Source of the DNA: Macrostomum hystrix
Lineage: Eukaryota > Animalia > Platyhelminthes
Direction: 5' to 3'
DNA: 64,000 nt
NCBI GenBank assembly: GCA_950097015.1
Contig: CATNEN010000001.1
Coordinates: forward strand, 17,112,001-17,176,000
The translations under genes were made by a program, and so were the position numbers. Shown here piece after piece: positions 1 through 12,057 of this stretch (position 1 is its first letter; each line of letters starts with the position of its first letter). The notes beneath the pieces are model-generated. The model was not told where the DNA came from and made no database searches. It was given only the letters and a program-made list of their open reading frames with translations.

Positions 1-325
1 GATTTAAAAATTGTGTGGAATTTTGCAAGTCAAACACGTGCACCGCGTCCTACTACAAATATTATAACAAGAGAGAACAGTTAAAAAATTTTAAATGGGT
101 AACTTCAAATAAATTAGCCTCCTTCTTTATGAAAATTATTTAATATACGGATCAAAGTATTGCTAACTAATTTACGAGTTTTATTTGTACTTCCTATATG
201 CATAATTTGAAAATTAGAAATATTATCAGGTTTTCCTAGTTAAAACTACTGAACCTGTCATATTATAATTAGGATTGAGGTTTTCTTTATATGCGCTTAT
301 AAAGAAGGCAACAGATTAATTCACG

Positions 326-2591
326 ATGGTGAAACTCCATCTTTCATCACTTTTGGCTCTAATTCTGCTAACTGTTCGATTCGGTGAGTACTGTAAATTA
401 TATATAATCAATCCATATTTATTAAAACTCTAATCATAAGTTTTAAAGGGTGAGTGCCATGACTCAAAGAAAAAGTAAGATTAGAAATTTACATATTATC
501 CATGCAATCGTGAAACAAAAAGATGCGATGCTTTCACTTATTCCAATATTTTTTGCCAATTGACTGCCCAGTCTCCTCCCAACCAAATCTCTGTTTGTGT
601 TTGTGGACCAATTTTGTTGTAAATTTAAATTCCAGCACCGATTATTTACCGATTATTATATTCTGTGCCAATAACTGATAGGCGCTACAGTACTAAAGCA
701 ATATTGCTGCTTATCAGATAAGCAGACTAGACAGATAAGCTCCTTACTCCTGCATCTTCTATATTAATACAATTATGTTTATTGAAGTATAAGTAAAACA
801 ATAAAAATGAAATTCAAACAATCTCTTCATTATAATTATGAAAAAATGTGAAGAATATATCGGTCTAATCTTTCATGCTGATAAGCAGGCCATATTGTCA
901 CCGTATTGTAGGCCTAGCAATAGTTTGCAAGTAATTGGCATAGTACCAATAAGAAAGAATGTGAATAAAAATAATTTAGTTGTTTTATAATTTAACTTAT
1001 GCCTAATCAATAGATCTGTCATAAATAACCAGTTTTATGTTTTCTTATCTTGTTATCTTATTGCATTAATTATCTGTGTATAATCTTTATAACAAAAATA
1101 ATTTGTCCTAAAATTCACATTTAGCCTAGACAACCATTAAGGTACCTAGACACTTCGTCATCTTACAACTTCATCCAGATGACGATCTTTCCAATATCTC
1201 AGAGGGTGGATGACGAAGAGACTTAGACTTGTGGACACTTCGTCATCTATAAACTAAAGGTTTCAAAGTTAGAACAGAACCACCCCTCCCCACCTCCTCA
1301 CATCCTGTTGGCACCTATCTTTTCAACTCTTATAATGAAATCAGTTTTGACACCTCTTTTTGACAATTTAGAGTGTGAAGTGTGTTCACACCTCTGCCCC
1401 ACCACCCCACCCTCACTTTATTGATGACAAACTTGATTGCTTGTTATTAGTAGATGATTATTAGTAGATGACAAACTGACCAAACTTTTAAGCATGCCAA
1501 TTGGCTGGATGACGAAGTGTCCTACCTTACAAGTGGATGACGAAGTTGTAAGATGACGAAGTATCTAGGATCCACCATTAAAGATTAGATAAAGATTTTT
1601 ATTACTTCAAGAACTTATCTTCATTTTATTTTTTTTGTTAATAACATTTTTGATAAGCAATGAAATCTATTTACATTTTTTCAAAAAATGAAATGGTATA
1701 TGTAGGTTTTTTAGCAATTCAACAGAAAAAACAAGCAGATAAATTCAGCGCATGTGCACAGGAAATTATCCTTATGTGCAGTGTAATATTTTGTACAGGA
1801 TTTGGAAAATGTTTAGAAATAATATTATTTTCTTATTATATAAAAAATAACATAACTATGTTATGGTAAATTGAATTGGTAAAAATATGTATGATACATA
1901 AACATTAAGCAATTAAGATTTGTATGAGTTAAGTGTATGCACTATATACAGAAGGTCAAAAATAAATGTAAACTTAACTTATTTATGTCATGAAATGGCT
2001 GGGTTTATAATCTGAATTTAAGCATTAAAAATTTTTCTAATGTTTAAAAGTTTAAAAGTTTAAAGTCGAGATAAAAGCGAGCTGCACTTATTTATAGTTA
2101 TCATGCTTTAGTAAAGTGTAATTTAGATAATTTTTTTCTACTTATAGTCATTAGTCTTTTACATGGTAGTTATTCATAATAATCCATTCTGCCAACTAAC
2201 CCCAGATCCCGGATCAGCCATCATGTGCTACCAGTGCGACAGCAACGAAGATGACTCATGCCGGGACAGCCGCTATTTCGATCAGCGCACCAACGCCTTA
2301 ATCGACTGCACCAGCTTTCAGGCCAGGGTGCCTGGCACATTCTGTGTGAAGATCTACCAGGAGAGCACAGGTTGGCACTCCTGGATCAAGGTCACAAGGC
2401 GGTGCGGCTCAAGGCCGGAGCGAATCGCCTGGGGCTGCAATTATCGATTTGTTGACATGGGAGTTTATCGCGAGACCTGCTATTGTTCGGATAGGGACGG
2501 TTGCAATGCAGCCGTGTCAATGGCCGCATCCAGTGTGTCTACAATGGCCCTAACTGGCCTACTGTTATTGGTGCTAGCTCTGCTTCGATAA
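326..2591 (+). CDS. Ly6/uPAR three-finger (quiver/sleepless-like) GPI-anchored protein; join(326..383, 2206..2591), with an alternative in-frame acceptor giving exon start 2218
   Basis: Exon 1 encodes signal peptide MVKLHLSSLLALILLTVRF and ends at a GTGAGT donor (384, phase 1). CTAAC at 2196-2200 is followed by phase-compatible AGs at 2204-5 and 2216-7. Exon 2 has CYQC...C...C...C...C...C...CYC...GCN (10 Cys) and a hydrophobic GPI-signal tail. AATAAA at 2603. Confidence 0.88.
1141..1573. mobile_element. Non-autonomous DNA transposon (MITE), Merlin-like, inside the Ly6 intron
   Basis: ~35-40 bp imperfect TIRs (GGTACCTAGACACTTCGTCATCTTACAACTTC... / ...GAAGTTGTAAGATGACGAAGTATCTAGGATCC). 8-bp TSD ACCATTAA at 1133-1140 and 1574-1581. 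GG...CC termini with an 8-bp TSD fit Merlin (superfamily is inference). Confidence 0.85.
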
Positions 2592-3100
2592 ACTAGCATA
2601 TAAATAAAACAATTTTTTCATCTTTGTTACCTAAACAAATATTTTGTGTTTTTCTTCACATTCTTAACTTATAGTACTATTACTATTGTACATTCCATTC
2701 CATTTTTTATGAATATATCATTCCAAGTTTATGCCAGTTGTTTTATTTAACAATTGTTTTCAATGTTAGAACACACAAAACAACGGTAGAGTACTATAAA
2801 AACCTCTACTTATGATTGTACGCTTCAATTGCTTTGCCGATCCTTGTAATCTATTAACTCTTTATCAAGCTATGCACTACTTTGCTTACCGTATTACTGT
2901 AAGTAGTGCCTCATTTAAACATGTGATGAATTGTTCGGTTTAATGTCATTTTTATGTGACTAATAAAATAAACAAATGGAGACCGTTTTATGTGTCAGTT
3001 AGTCATGAAATAGACAACTGTTTATAGAACCAAAACTTACGACTTCAGTAATACAAAAACCAGAAGTTATTTAATTCTGAGCGAGAGCTAGAAGCGAACA

Positions 3101-5228
3101 AGGAATCGCAGCTAGAATCTATATCAATAATAGTACCAGGAATCGCAGCTAGAATCTATATCAATAATAGTGCCAGGAATCGCAGCTAGAATCTATATCA
3201 ATAATAGTGCCAGGAATCGCAGCTAGAATCTATATCAAGAATAGTACCAGGAATCGCAGCTAGAATCTATATCAAGAATAGTACCAGGAATCGCAGCTAG
3301 AATCTATATCAAGAATAGTACCAGGAATCGCAGCTAGAATCTATATCAAGAATAGTACCAGGAATCGCAGCTAGAATCTATATCAAGAATAGTACCAGGA
3401 ATCGCAGCTAGAATCTATATCAAGAATAGTACCAGGAATCGCAGCTAGAATCTATATTAAGAATAGTGCCAGGAATCGCAGCTAGAATCTATATCAAGAA
3501 AAGTGCCAGGAATCGCAGCTAGAATCTATATCAAGAAAAGTGCCAGGAATCGCAGCTAGAATCTATATCAAGAATAGTGCCAGGAATCGCAGCTAGAATC
3601 TATATCATGAATGGTGCCAGGAATCGCAGCTAGAATCTATATCAATAATAGTGCCAGGAATCGCTACTAGAATCTATATCAATAATAGCGCCAGGAATCG
3701 CTGCTAGAATCTATATCAAGAATAGTATCAGGAATCGCAGCTAGAATCTATATCAAGAATAGTGCCAGGAATCGCAGCTAGAATCTATATCAAGAATAGT
3801 GCCAGGAATCGCAGCTAGAATCTATATCAATAATAGTGCCAGGAATCGCAGCTAGAATCTATATCAATAATAGTGCCAGGAATCGCAGCTAGAATCTATA
3901 TCAATAATAGTGCCAGGAATCGCTGCTAGAATCTACATCAAGAATGGTGCCAGGAATCGCAGCTAGAATCTATATCAAGAATAGTGCCAGGAATCGCAGC
4001 TAGAATCTATATCAAGAATAGTGCCAGGAATCGCAGCTAGAATCTATATCAATAATAGTGCCAGGAATCGCTGCTAGAATCTATATCAATAATAGTGCCA
4101 GGAATCGCTGCTAGAATCTACATCAAGAATGGTGCCAGGAATCGCAGCTAGAATCTATATCAATAATAGTGCCAGGAATCGCTACTAGAATCTATATCAA
4201 TAATAGCGCCAGGAATCGCTGCTAGAATCTATATCAAGAATACTGCCAGGAATCGCAGCTAGAATCTATATCAAGAATACTGCCAGGAATCGCAGCTAGA
4301 ATCTATATCAAGAATACTGCCAGGAATCGCAGCTAGAATCTATATCAAGAATAGTGCCAGGAATCGCAGCTAGAATCTATATCAAGAATACTGCCAGGAA
4401 TCGCAACTAGAATCTATATCAATAATAGTGCCAGGAATCGCAGTTAGAATCTTTATCAATAATAGTGCCAGGAATCGCAGCTAGAATCTATATCAATAAT
4501 AGTACCAGGAATCGCAGCTAGAATCTATATCAATAATAGTGCCAGGAATCGCAGCTAGAATCTATATCAAGAATACTGCCAGGAATCGCAGCTAGAATCT
4601 ATATCAAGAAAAGTGCCAGGAATCGCAGCTAGAATCTATATCAATAATAGTGCCAGGAATCGCTGCTAGAATCTATATCAATAATAGTGCCAGGAATCGC
4701 TGCTAGAATCTATATCAAGAATGGTGCCAGGAATCGCAGCTAGAATCTATATCAATAATAGTGCCAGGAATCGCTGCTAGAATCTATATCAAGAAAAGTG
4801 CCAGGAATCGCAGCTAGAATCTATATCAATAATAGTGCCAGGAATCGCAGCTAGAATCTATATCAAGAATAGTGCCAGGAATCGCAGCTAGAATCTATAA
4901 CAAGAATAGTGCCAGGAATCGCAGCTAGAATCTATATCAAGAATACTGCCAGGAATCGCAGCTAGAATCTATATCAAGAAAAGTGTCAGGAATCGCAGCT
5001 AGAATCTATATCAAGAAAAGTGTCAGGAATCGCAGCTAGAATCTATATCAATAATAGTGCCAGGAATCGCAGCTAGAATCTTTATCAATAATAGTGCCAG
5101 GAATCGCAGCTAGAATCTATATCAATAATAGTACCAGGAATCGCAGCTAGAATCTATATCAATAATAGTGCCAGGAATCGCAGCAAGAATCTATATCAAT
5201 AATAGTGCCAGGAATCGCAGCAAGAATG
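3101..5228. repeat. 37-bp minisatellite (AGGAATCGCAGCTAGAATCTATATCAATAATAGTGCC)n, ~57 copies
   Basis: Tandem repeat read directly from sequence. Confidence 0.97.
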
Positions 5229-5543
5229 GTTATTAGAGATCCATAGGATCTTTATTCTTAAATAATACCTTATTTCGAAGGAAGTATTCTATAAAACATA
5301 AGAACAGTTTTTTTCCGCAAACTCTCTTATACCAGAGCAACCAAAAAATTGTTTTATATTTGTTTTTTCACCTCAGCACACCGTTCAACAGAATAATTTA
5401 ATGTAAAAGAACTATTTAATTGTAACAATAATACACCTACGCTCGTACAGTTAGTCAGCGTTAAATCGAGAGCTATCTACTATGTATGTACCAGCTCATT
5501 GTTAATCTCCGTATCTGGCCAATGGTCTATGGGTTCTCTTTGC

Positions 5544-6167
5544 TTAAAACGGGGTCACCGGCCGGTTCTTGTAGTACTCAGCCAGCTTGGCATTGCCAGC
5601 CAGCACTCGCTTCTTCAAGTCCAGCAGTTCCGGGAACTTGGCTACAAAGTCGGCCATGTTGCCCAGACTGTCCAAGATGGTCAGGCAGGCCAGGTCTGCG
5701 AGGCTCAGCGATTTGCCTGCAAAGTACTGCCCACCTGCCTGCTTCAGGAAGCTGACGAGACCCGACAGCAACTTCTGGCCCTTCTCCGCCTGGAAGTCCT
5801 TGGCCAGGTCCGCCTTCTTGTCGTCTGGGGCGAACATGATCTTGATAAGCTCCTGGAAGACGTCCTCCAGCTGACCCAAGGCTCGCTCGATGAGGTAGTA
5901 CTCCCAGTCGTTGGATCCCATGAGTCCGCCCTTCCTGGCATAGTACCTGGCGATGGCTCCGCTCTGGACGAGCTGGCCCGTGGCCTTGTCTCCGGTGTCC
6001 ACATAGGGCAGCACCCCGGTGGGGGCGTCCTTCTTGTGCTGCGGCCACTCCTCCCTGGTGTAGCGGATGTCCTCGAAGTCCACGTTGGAGGCGGCGAACA
6101 CGAGGCGGACCAGCTCGCCGCGACCGCGAAACGCGAAGTAGTACAGCTTGGGCTTGGGTCCAGACAT
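5544..6167 (-). CDS. Glutathione S-transferase, sigma-like (GST copy 1), 207 aa, intronless
   Basis: KLYYFxxRGRGELVRL (catalytic Tyr), cis-Pro loop PTGVLP, QSGAIARY, N-capping GKSLSLADL. TATAAAA on the minus strand at 6261-6267. Confidence 0.95.
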   Translation of the reverse strand: MSGPKPKLYYFAFRGRGELVRLVFAASNVDFEDIRYTREEWPQHKKDAPTGVLPYVDTGDKATGQLVQSGAIARYYARKGGLMGSNDWEYYLIERALGQLEDVFQELIKIMFAPDDKKADLAKDFQAEKGQKLLSGLVSFLKQAGGQYFAGKSLSLADLACLTILDSLGNMADFVAKFPELLDLKKRVLAGNAKLAEYYKNRPVTPF

Positions 6168-6260
6168 TGCTTCTCGGTGATAAAGTTAGAGTTACTCTCT
6201 AAATCGTTGACTGATTGTAGTGTGGCAGTCTCTGGAGGCTCCTTGCCATTTACTGCCTTG

Positions 6261-6267
6261 TTTTATA
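6261..6267 (-). promoter_or_regulatory. Putative TATA box of GST copy 1
   Basis: TATAAAA ~95 nt upstream of the ATG; GST copies 3 and 4 have a TATA at a similar distance. Confidence 0.55.
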
Positions 6268-6855
6268 CTCACAGATTGTGAGAGCCAGTCCTGCGACCCC
6301 CTGGTAGGCTCTGACAATGGCAGTTTTGTTATGCACGTTCTCAGGCACAGACGACAGTAGCACTGGCTGGCTCACACGAAACCCCTCCTCCAAGCTCTAG
6401 TGTACTGTCAGCTGCGCACAACTGCACCAACCCCAGGCTTTGCACGCGCTGCGAGAGTTGACGCTGTCACAACGTTGTTAGCTTGACATGGCACAGAATT
6501 TCTCCGCGATAACATGGCCTGGACTAATTAGTGGTAAATAGATTTTGACAGACAACTAACTATCCACAGACAAGACACAGAGAGACCGGAAAAAAACATG
6601 TTCGTCTGGGTATTTTGTTGTCAAGCGTGATTCCAGTAAAGAATCGTTTCATACTGTCTTCGAACAGACACCCCTCGTACTTCTACGCTCGTAGTATATT
6701 TGCTTATTTGCTACAATCGAAATAACAACTGAATGTCATAGAAATACTTGCTACATGTATAATGATACCGCGTATGCGCTCAAATTAAGTCGAACTGCAT
6801 GCAGCGTAACAAGTGTTAAGTATTGTCGAACACTCGAGTATAGTCAGCTCAGGGC

Positions 6856-7479
6856 CTACATGGGAGTCACCGGCCGGTTCTTGATGTACTCAGCCAGCTT
6901 GGCATTGCCAGCCAGCACTCGCTTCTTCAAGTCCAGCAGCTCCGGGAACTTGGCTACAAAGTCGGCCATGTTGCCCAGACTGTCCAAGATGGTCAGGCAG
7001 GCCAGGTCTGCGAGGCTCAGCGATTTGCCTGCAAAGTACTGCCCACCTGCCTGCTTCAGGAAGCTGACGAGACCCGACAGCAACTTCTGGCCCTTCTCCG
7101 CCTGGAAGTCCTTGGCCAGGTCCGCCTTCTTGTCGTCTGGGGCGAACATGATCTTGATAAGCTCCTGGAAGACGTCCTCCAGCTGACCCAAGGCTCGCTC
7201 GATGAGGTAGTACTCCCAGTCGTTGGATCCCATGAGTCCGCCCTTCCTGGCATAGTACCTGGCGATGGCTCCGCTCTGGACGAGCTGACCCGTGGCCTTG
7301 TCTCCGGTGTCCACATAGGGCAGCACCCCGGTGGGGGCGTCCTTCTTGTGCTGCGGCCACTCCTCCCTGGTGTAGCGGATGTCCTCGAAGTCCACGTTGG
7401 AGGCGGCGAACACGAGGCGGACCAGCTCGCCGCGACCGCGAAACGCGAAGTAGTACAGCTTGGGCTTGGGTCCAGGCAT
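6856..7479 (-). CDS. Glutathione S-transferase, sigma-like (GST copy 2), 207 aa from MPGPKPK
   Basis: Same motifs; differs from copy 1 at 3 residues. An upstream in-frame ATG at 7494 is possible, but paralogue alignment favours 7479. Confidence 0.95.
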   Translation of the reverse strand: MPGPKPKLYYFAFRGRGELVRLVFAASNVDFEDIRYTREEWPQHKKDAPTGVLPYVDTGDKATGQLVQSGAIARYYARKGGLMGSNDWEYYLIERALGQLEDVFQELIKIMFAPDDKKADLAKDFQAEKGQKLLSGLVSFLKQAGGQYFAGKSLSLADLACLTILDSLGNMADFVAKFPELLDLKKRVLAGNAKLAEYIKNRPVTPM

Positions 7480-7913
7480 GCTCTGCTGCTGCATGAATGC
7501 TCTCTTCCTGTTTCAGAGTGGCTGTTTGAGTTGTTTGGGTTCGTTTGTATCACCTGCTTATTATTTGTGCACGTACAGGCAGCTTCCAGGGCAGGGCAGT
7601 GCCTCCTCACCTCAACACAATGCGACTGTTACCTATTCTTGCTTAAACTAAAAATGTCTCACCACACTGACGCCTAGCGCCTACGTTCTACCTGCTAGCA
7701 GGACTGCGGTGTGCGTTATGGCTTTTTAAAATTGCGCATTGTGTCTCCTTGTTTACACTGGATACGCTCGTAGCGTTCACTGTAGTGAGCAAGTGGTGTG
7801 AGCTTAATTTAAGTACAATAAAGATCATTTTACAGCAACCATTCGTGCCACGGACTGTCTGTATTACATTGAAATGTACCTTTAGGTCCTTCTGCTTTAT
7901 ATTCCCATTTGTT

Positions 7914-8341
7914 CATTGGATCACTCTGTTCCATGGGATCACTCTGTTCCATGGTATCACTCTGTTCCATGGGATCACTCTGTTCCATGGGATCACTCTG
8001 TTCCATGGGATCACTCTGTTCCATGGGATCACTCTGTTCCATGGGATCACTCTGTTCTATAGGATCACTCTGTTCCATGGGATCACTCTGTTCCATGGTA
8101 TCACTCTGTTCCATGGGATCACTCTGTTCCATGGTATCACTCTGTTCCATGGTATCACTCTGTTCCATGGGATCACTCTGTTCCATGGTATCACTCTGTT
8201 CCATGGTATCACTCTGTTCCATGGGATCACTCTGTTCCATGGTATCACTCTGTTCCATGGTATCACTCTGTTCCATGGTATCACTCTGTTCCATGGGATC
8301 ACTCTGTTCCATGGTATCACTCTGTTCCATGGTATTACTCT
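7914..8341. repeat. 18-bp minisatellite (TCACTCTGTTCCATGGKA)n, ~23 copies
   Basis: Tandem repeat. Confidence 0.97.
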
Positions 8342-8898
8342 ATTTTCAATTCCTAACTAAGCATAAATAAATAAGACGACCTTGAAAGCAGAAAACGTAT
8401 AGAACTCTTTCTTAGCGTTAATTACGTCTTATCTTGTTTTCGATAGCACAAGCTACAGCTGCACCGGCCACTCGTCAGTAGCTGTAAGTGAGTGCTCAGA
8501 TTTGTTGCGCTTAAATGAAAATTATCTTTTTTTATCATCAAGAAGAATCTTCTATTGTCGTTTATCTGCAGCAAACAAGTTTTGCAGGTCTAACAAATAC
8601 CAGCTCACTGAATGAGTGGCAGCTACTTAGCTATATACGTAGAGACGACGTTTGCTAGTGTGAGAAGTACTCGCTTGGCTGTTCTCAGTCTGGCTGAGAA
8701 CGTGAAACTAATTAGCTTGTAGAAGAAGAGACGAGGTTGCAATTAAAACGAGAACTCACGTGCGGACTGGCGCGATGGTAGAAGCAGTAGAAATTCAAGG
8801 GACGTTGAACACTTTATGACAGCTTTTTCTTAAATGTCTAATATCATTTATCAGCGTGTTTCATTGATTGTCTATGGGACATTCATTGCCAAACTTCC

Positions 8899-9206
8899 CT
8901 CTGGGATTTTAGATTAACCTCCCAGACTGAAGACAATCTTGGAATGTCTCTGGGATTTAGATTAACCTCCCAGACTGAAGACAATCTTGGAATGTCTCTG
9001 GGATTTAGATTAACCTCCCAGACTGAAGACAATCTTGGATTGTCTCTGGGATTTAGATTAACCTCCCAGACTGAAGACAATCTTGAATGTCTCTGGGATT
9101 TAGATTAACCTCCCAGACTGAAGACAATCTTGGAATGTCTCTGGGATTTAGATTAACCTCCCAGACTGAAGACAATCTTGGAATGTCTCTGGGATTTAGA
9201 TTTACC
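8899..9206. repeat. 48-bp minisatellite, ~6 copies (reverse complement of the array at 12564-14142)
   Basis: Unit CTCTGGGATTTAGATTAACCTCCCAGACTGAAGACAATCTTGGAATGT. Confidence 0.96.
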
Positions 9207-9619
9207 TTTTAGAGTGGCAGTATTTGGATGAAATGTAAATCTTTAAATTTTACGTTTACAATTCCAAAACTTTGTAAAACTTCGATTTAGAAGCAGACAG
9301 TCAGACAGGCCAAAAATCAAACAAAAACTTTGAGCGCACTGCTTACAATTCAGGGTCATTCATTGTTTGGCCTGTCCAAATACTGAGTCGGGCTGGCTAG
9401 CTGGTCGTATTACCTACGTATTCAATTGTGAGCTGCACGCCACATGCAAGCAATCCGCTGCCTTCCTGCCCTTGCCTTGTACTTTTGTTAAGCCGTGCTT
9501 ACCCACAGATTTTTGGAAAATAACAACTGAAGGAGATGGGGCGAAAGAGAGATGAGAAACTGGAAATGAGAGCTTTTTTGGGAACGATCCAGGGCTTGGG
9601 TACACAAAACACTGCAGCC

Positions 9620-9626
9620 TATAAAG
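9620..9626 (+). promoter_or_regulatory. Putative TATA box of GST copy 3
   Basis: TATAAAG ~85 nt before the ATG, with Inr-like TCAC/TCAG 23-27 nt downstream. Confidence 0.55.
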
Positions 9627-9708
9627 CTGCTTGAGAACGGAATCACTCAGCCATCAAACCAAGCTACTGCAGTCTTAGGTAATCTAATTCGCTAACTCTA
9701 AGCCAAGC

Positions 9709-10332
9709 ATGCCTGGACCCAAGCCCAAGCTGTACTACTTCAACGTTCGCGGTCGCGGCGAGCTGGTTCGCCTCGTGTTCGCCGCCTCCAACGTGAACTT
9801 CGAGGACATCCGCTACACCAGGGAGCAATGGGCCGAACACAAGAAGGACGCCCCCACCGGGGTACTGCCCTACGTGGACACCGGAGACAAGGCCACGGGC
9901 CAGCTCGTCCAGAGCGGAGCCATCGCCAGGTACTATGCCAGGAAGGGCGGACTCATGGGATCCAACGACTGGGAGTACTACCTCATCGAGCGCGCCTTAG
10001 GACAGATGGACGACGTCTTCATGGAGCTGGTCAAGATCTTCATGGCCCCGGACGACAAGAAGGCGGACCTGGCCAAGGAATTCCAGGCGGAGAAGGGCCA
10101 GAAGTTGCTGTCGGGTCTCGTCAGCTTCCTGAAGCAGGCAGGTGGGCAGTACTTTGCAGGCAAATCGCTGAGCCTCGCAGACCTGTCCTGCCTGACCATC
10201 TTGGACAGTCTGGGCAACATGGCCGACTTTGTAGCCAAGTTCCCGGAGCTGCTGGACTTGAAGAAGCGAGTGCTGGCTGGCAATGCCAAGCTGGCTGAGT
10301 ACTACAAGAACCGGCCGGTGACCCCCATGTAG
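9709..10332 (+). CDS. Glutathione S-transferase, sigma-like (GST copy 3), 207 aa
   Basis: Same motifs; close paralogue of copies 1 and 2. AATAAA at 10533. Confidence 0.95.
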   Translation: MPGPKPKLYYFNVRGRGELVRLVFAASNVNFEDIRYTREQWAEHKKDAPTGVLPYVDTGDKATGQLVQSGAIARYYARKGGLMGSNDWEYYLIERALGQMDDVFMELVKIFMAPDDKKADLAKEFQAEKGQKLLSGLVSFLKQAGGQYFAGKSLSLADLSCLTILDSLGNMADFVAKFPELLDLKKRVLAGNAKLAEYYKNRPVTPM

Positions 10333-10744
10333 GCCCGGAACTGTGGGAGCATGCCATGCTAGCTCGGCACAGAGTACAAAAACATAGTAGATTACTCGAA
10401 AAATTCATAATCAACCAATGCAGTGCTGATAAAATAGTTTCTGGCTCGATAAAAACACAAAATCAATACACTCTTTTCTATATCTAACAATGTTTCCGAT
10501 TTTTTTTATTTACCTTCACTGGAAATATATGAAATAAATAATTTATTCACTGTTCTCATATTGAAAAAGGTCTGGCAATATGAAAATTTATTTTAAGTGC
10601 TCGCAAATATACACAAACTGATATCCTTTCGCTACTACTGTTTTCACATTAATAGAGCTTTGAGTCTTTTTTCAACATCAAGAGATCTAATGGACACATA
10701 TTCCTTGGCATTCTGCCTACCTATGTTCCTATCTCACAATCTAC

Positions 10745-11452
10745 TACTAGACTCTCTACCCCATCTCTGCTAGTATGTCTAGATTGCCTACCCATCTCTA
10801 CTAGTACGTCTAGATTGCCTACCCCATCTCTACTAGTACGTCTAGATTGCCTACCCTATCTCTGCTAGTATGTCTAGATTTTCTACCCCATCTCTACTAG
10901 TGTCTCTACCCCATCTCTAACAGTCTCTCTACCCCATCTCTACTAGTCTATCTACCCCATCTCTACTAGTCTATCTACCCCATCTCTACTAGTCTATCTA
11001 CCCCATCTCTACTAGTCTGTCTACCCCATCTCTACTAGTCTGTCTACCCCATCTCTACTAGTATGTCTAGATTGTCTACCCCATCTCTACTAGTCTCTCT
11101 ACTCCATCTCTACTAGTCTGTCTACCCCATCTCTACTAGTATGTCTAGATTGTCTACCCCATCTCTACTAGTCTCTCTACCCCATCTCTACTAGTCTATC
11201 TACCCCATCTCTACTAGTCTATCTACCCCATCTCTACTAGTCTATCTACCCCATCTCTACTAGTCTGTCTACCCCATCTCTACTAGTCTGTCTACCCCAT
11301 CTCTACTAGTCTGTCTACCCCATCTCTACTAGTATGTCTAGATTGTCTACCCCATCTCTACTAGTCTCTCTACCTCATCTCTACCAGTCTATCTACCCCA
11401 TCTCTACTAGTCTATCTACCCCATATCTACTAGTATGTCTACCCATCTCTAG
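10745..11452. repeat. ~23-bp minisatellite (CTACCCCATCTCTACTAGTCTRT)n with longer variant units
   Basis: Tandem repeat. Confidence 0.93.
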
Positions 11453-11484
11453 GAGTTTCAGCTGATCTGCTACTGCTCTCTCAT

Positions 11485-12057
11485 TATGTTGGCATTATGG
11501 GGGTCTAGGCACAGACGTACAGGCTTGTCTGCCTTGCAAAGGACGACAAAATTTGGAAGGTACTTCGTGGGCTCGTCGCATTTAGTGAAAGTCTATCAGA
11601 AACAAGGCGAATGTTGAATGTTGCATTGCAGCAAACGGGATTCCGCTTGACTCCTTCATATCCCAGTTCCATACGAACCTTTCCTGCGACTTTTAGGCGT
11701 GTTTTTAATAGAAAACTTGTCTGGGAAACAGATGTACATTAGCAGCCGCTCCAGTGTCACACTTGCAATTCACCAGCTGACCTTCGATTTCGATGCCGAG
11801 GGTTCTTCTACTGTCCCTATCGTTGCCAATCGGTTGCCGGGGATCAGATTCTGAATTTCCGTTCGTGTTGTGATCCAAAGCTCTCAAGCTCTAATTTCGA
11901 CGCTCATTGCTAAGGGATTTTGCTCCCCGCACAGGCTTTGCACGTCTTGTCCTATGCAGGATATGCACCATTTTATATTTCGTCCCACAGAATGAGAACT
12001 ATCCAAACTTTCATTGCAGCTTAACCTCATGATCTGACTTTTCTCTGACTTTTTCTG
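11485..12057 (-). mobile_element. Decayed Ty3/Gypsy-type LTR retrotransposon fragment (gag knuckle, protease, start of RT)
   Basis: Minus strand, in the expected order: broken CPAxxKxCxxCGxxNxxA knuckle (~11905-11965), aspartic protease GQLVNCKCDTGAAANV (~11735-11790), and RT start EPTKYLPNFVVLCKADKPVRLCLDPHN (~11495-11575). Stops and frameshifts present. Confidence 0.75.

Noticed and set aside
1660-1869. 69-aa ORF in the Ly6 intron
   Set aside because: AT-rich, no motifs, no supporting splice signals.
3101-5228. CRISPR-like appearance of the 37-bp array (also the 32-bp array at 24937 and the 48-bp arrays)
   Set aside because: Units are head-to-tail with no unique spacers, there are no cas genes, and the context is eukaryotic.
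5486-10414. Antisense and alternative-frame ORFs over the GSTs (similarly over the LINE and AMPD)
   Set aside because: Shadows of GC-rich codon usage with no independent motifs.
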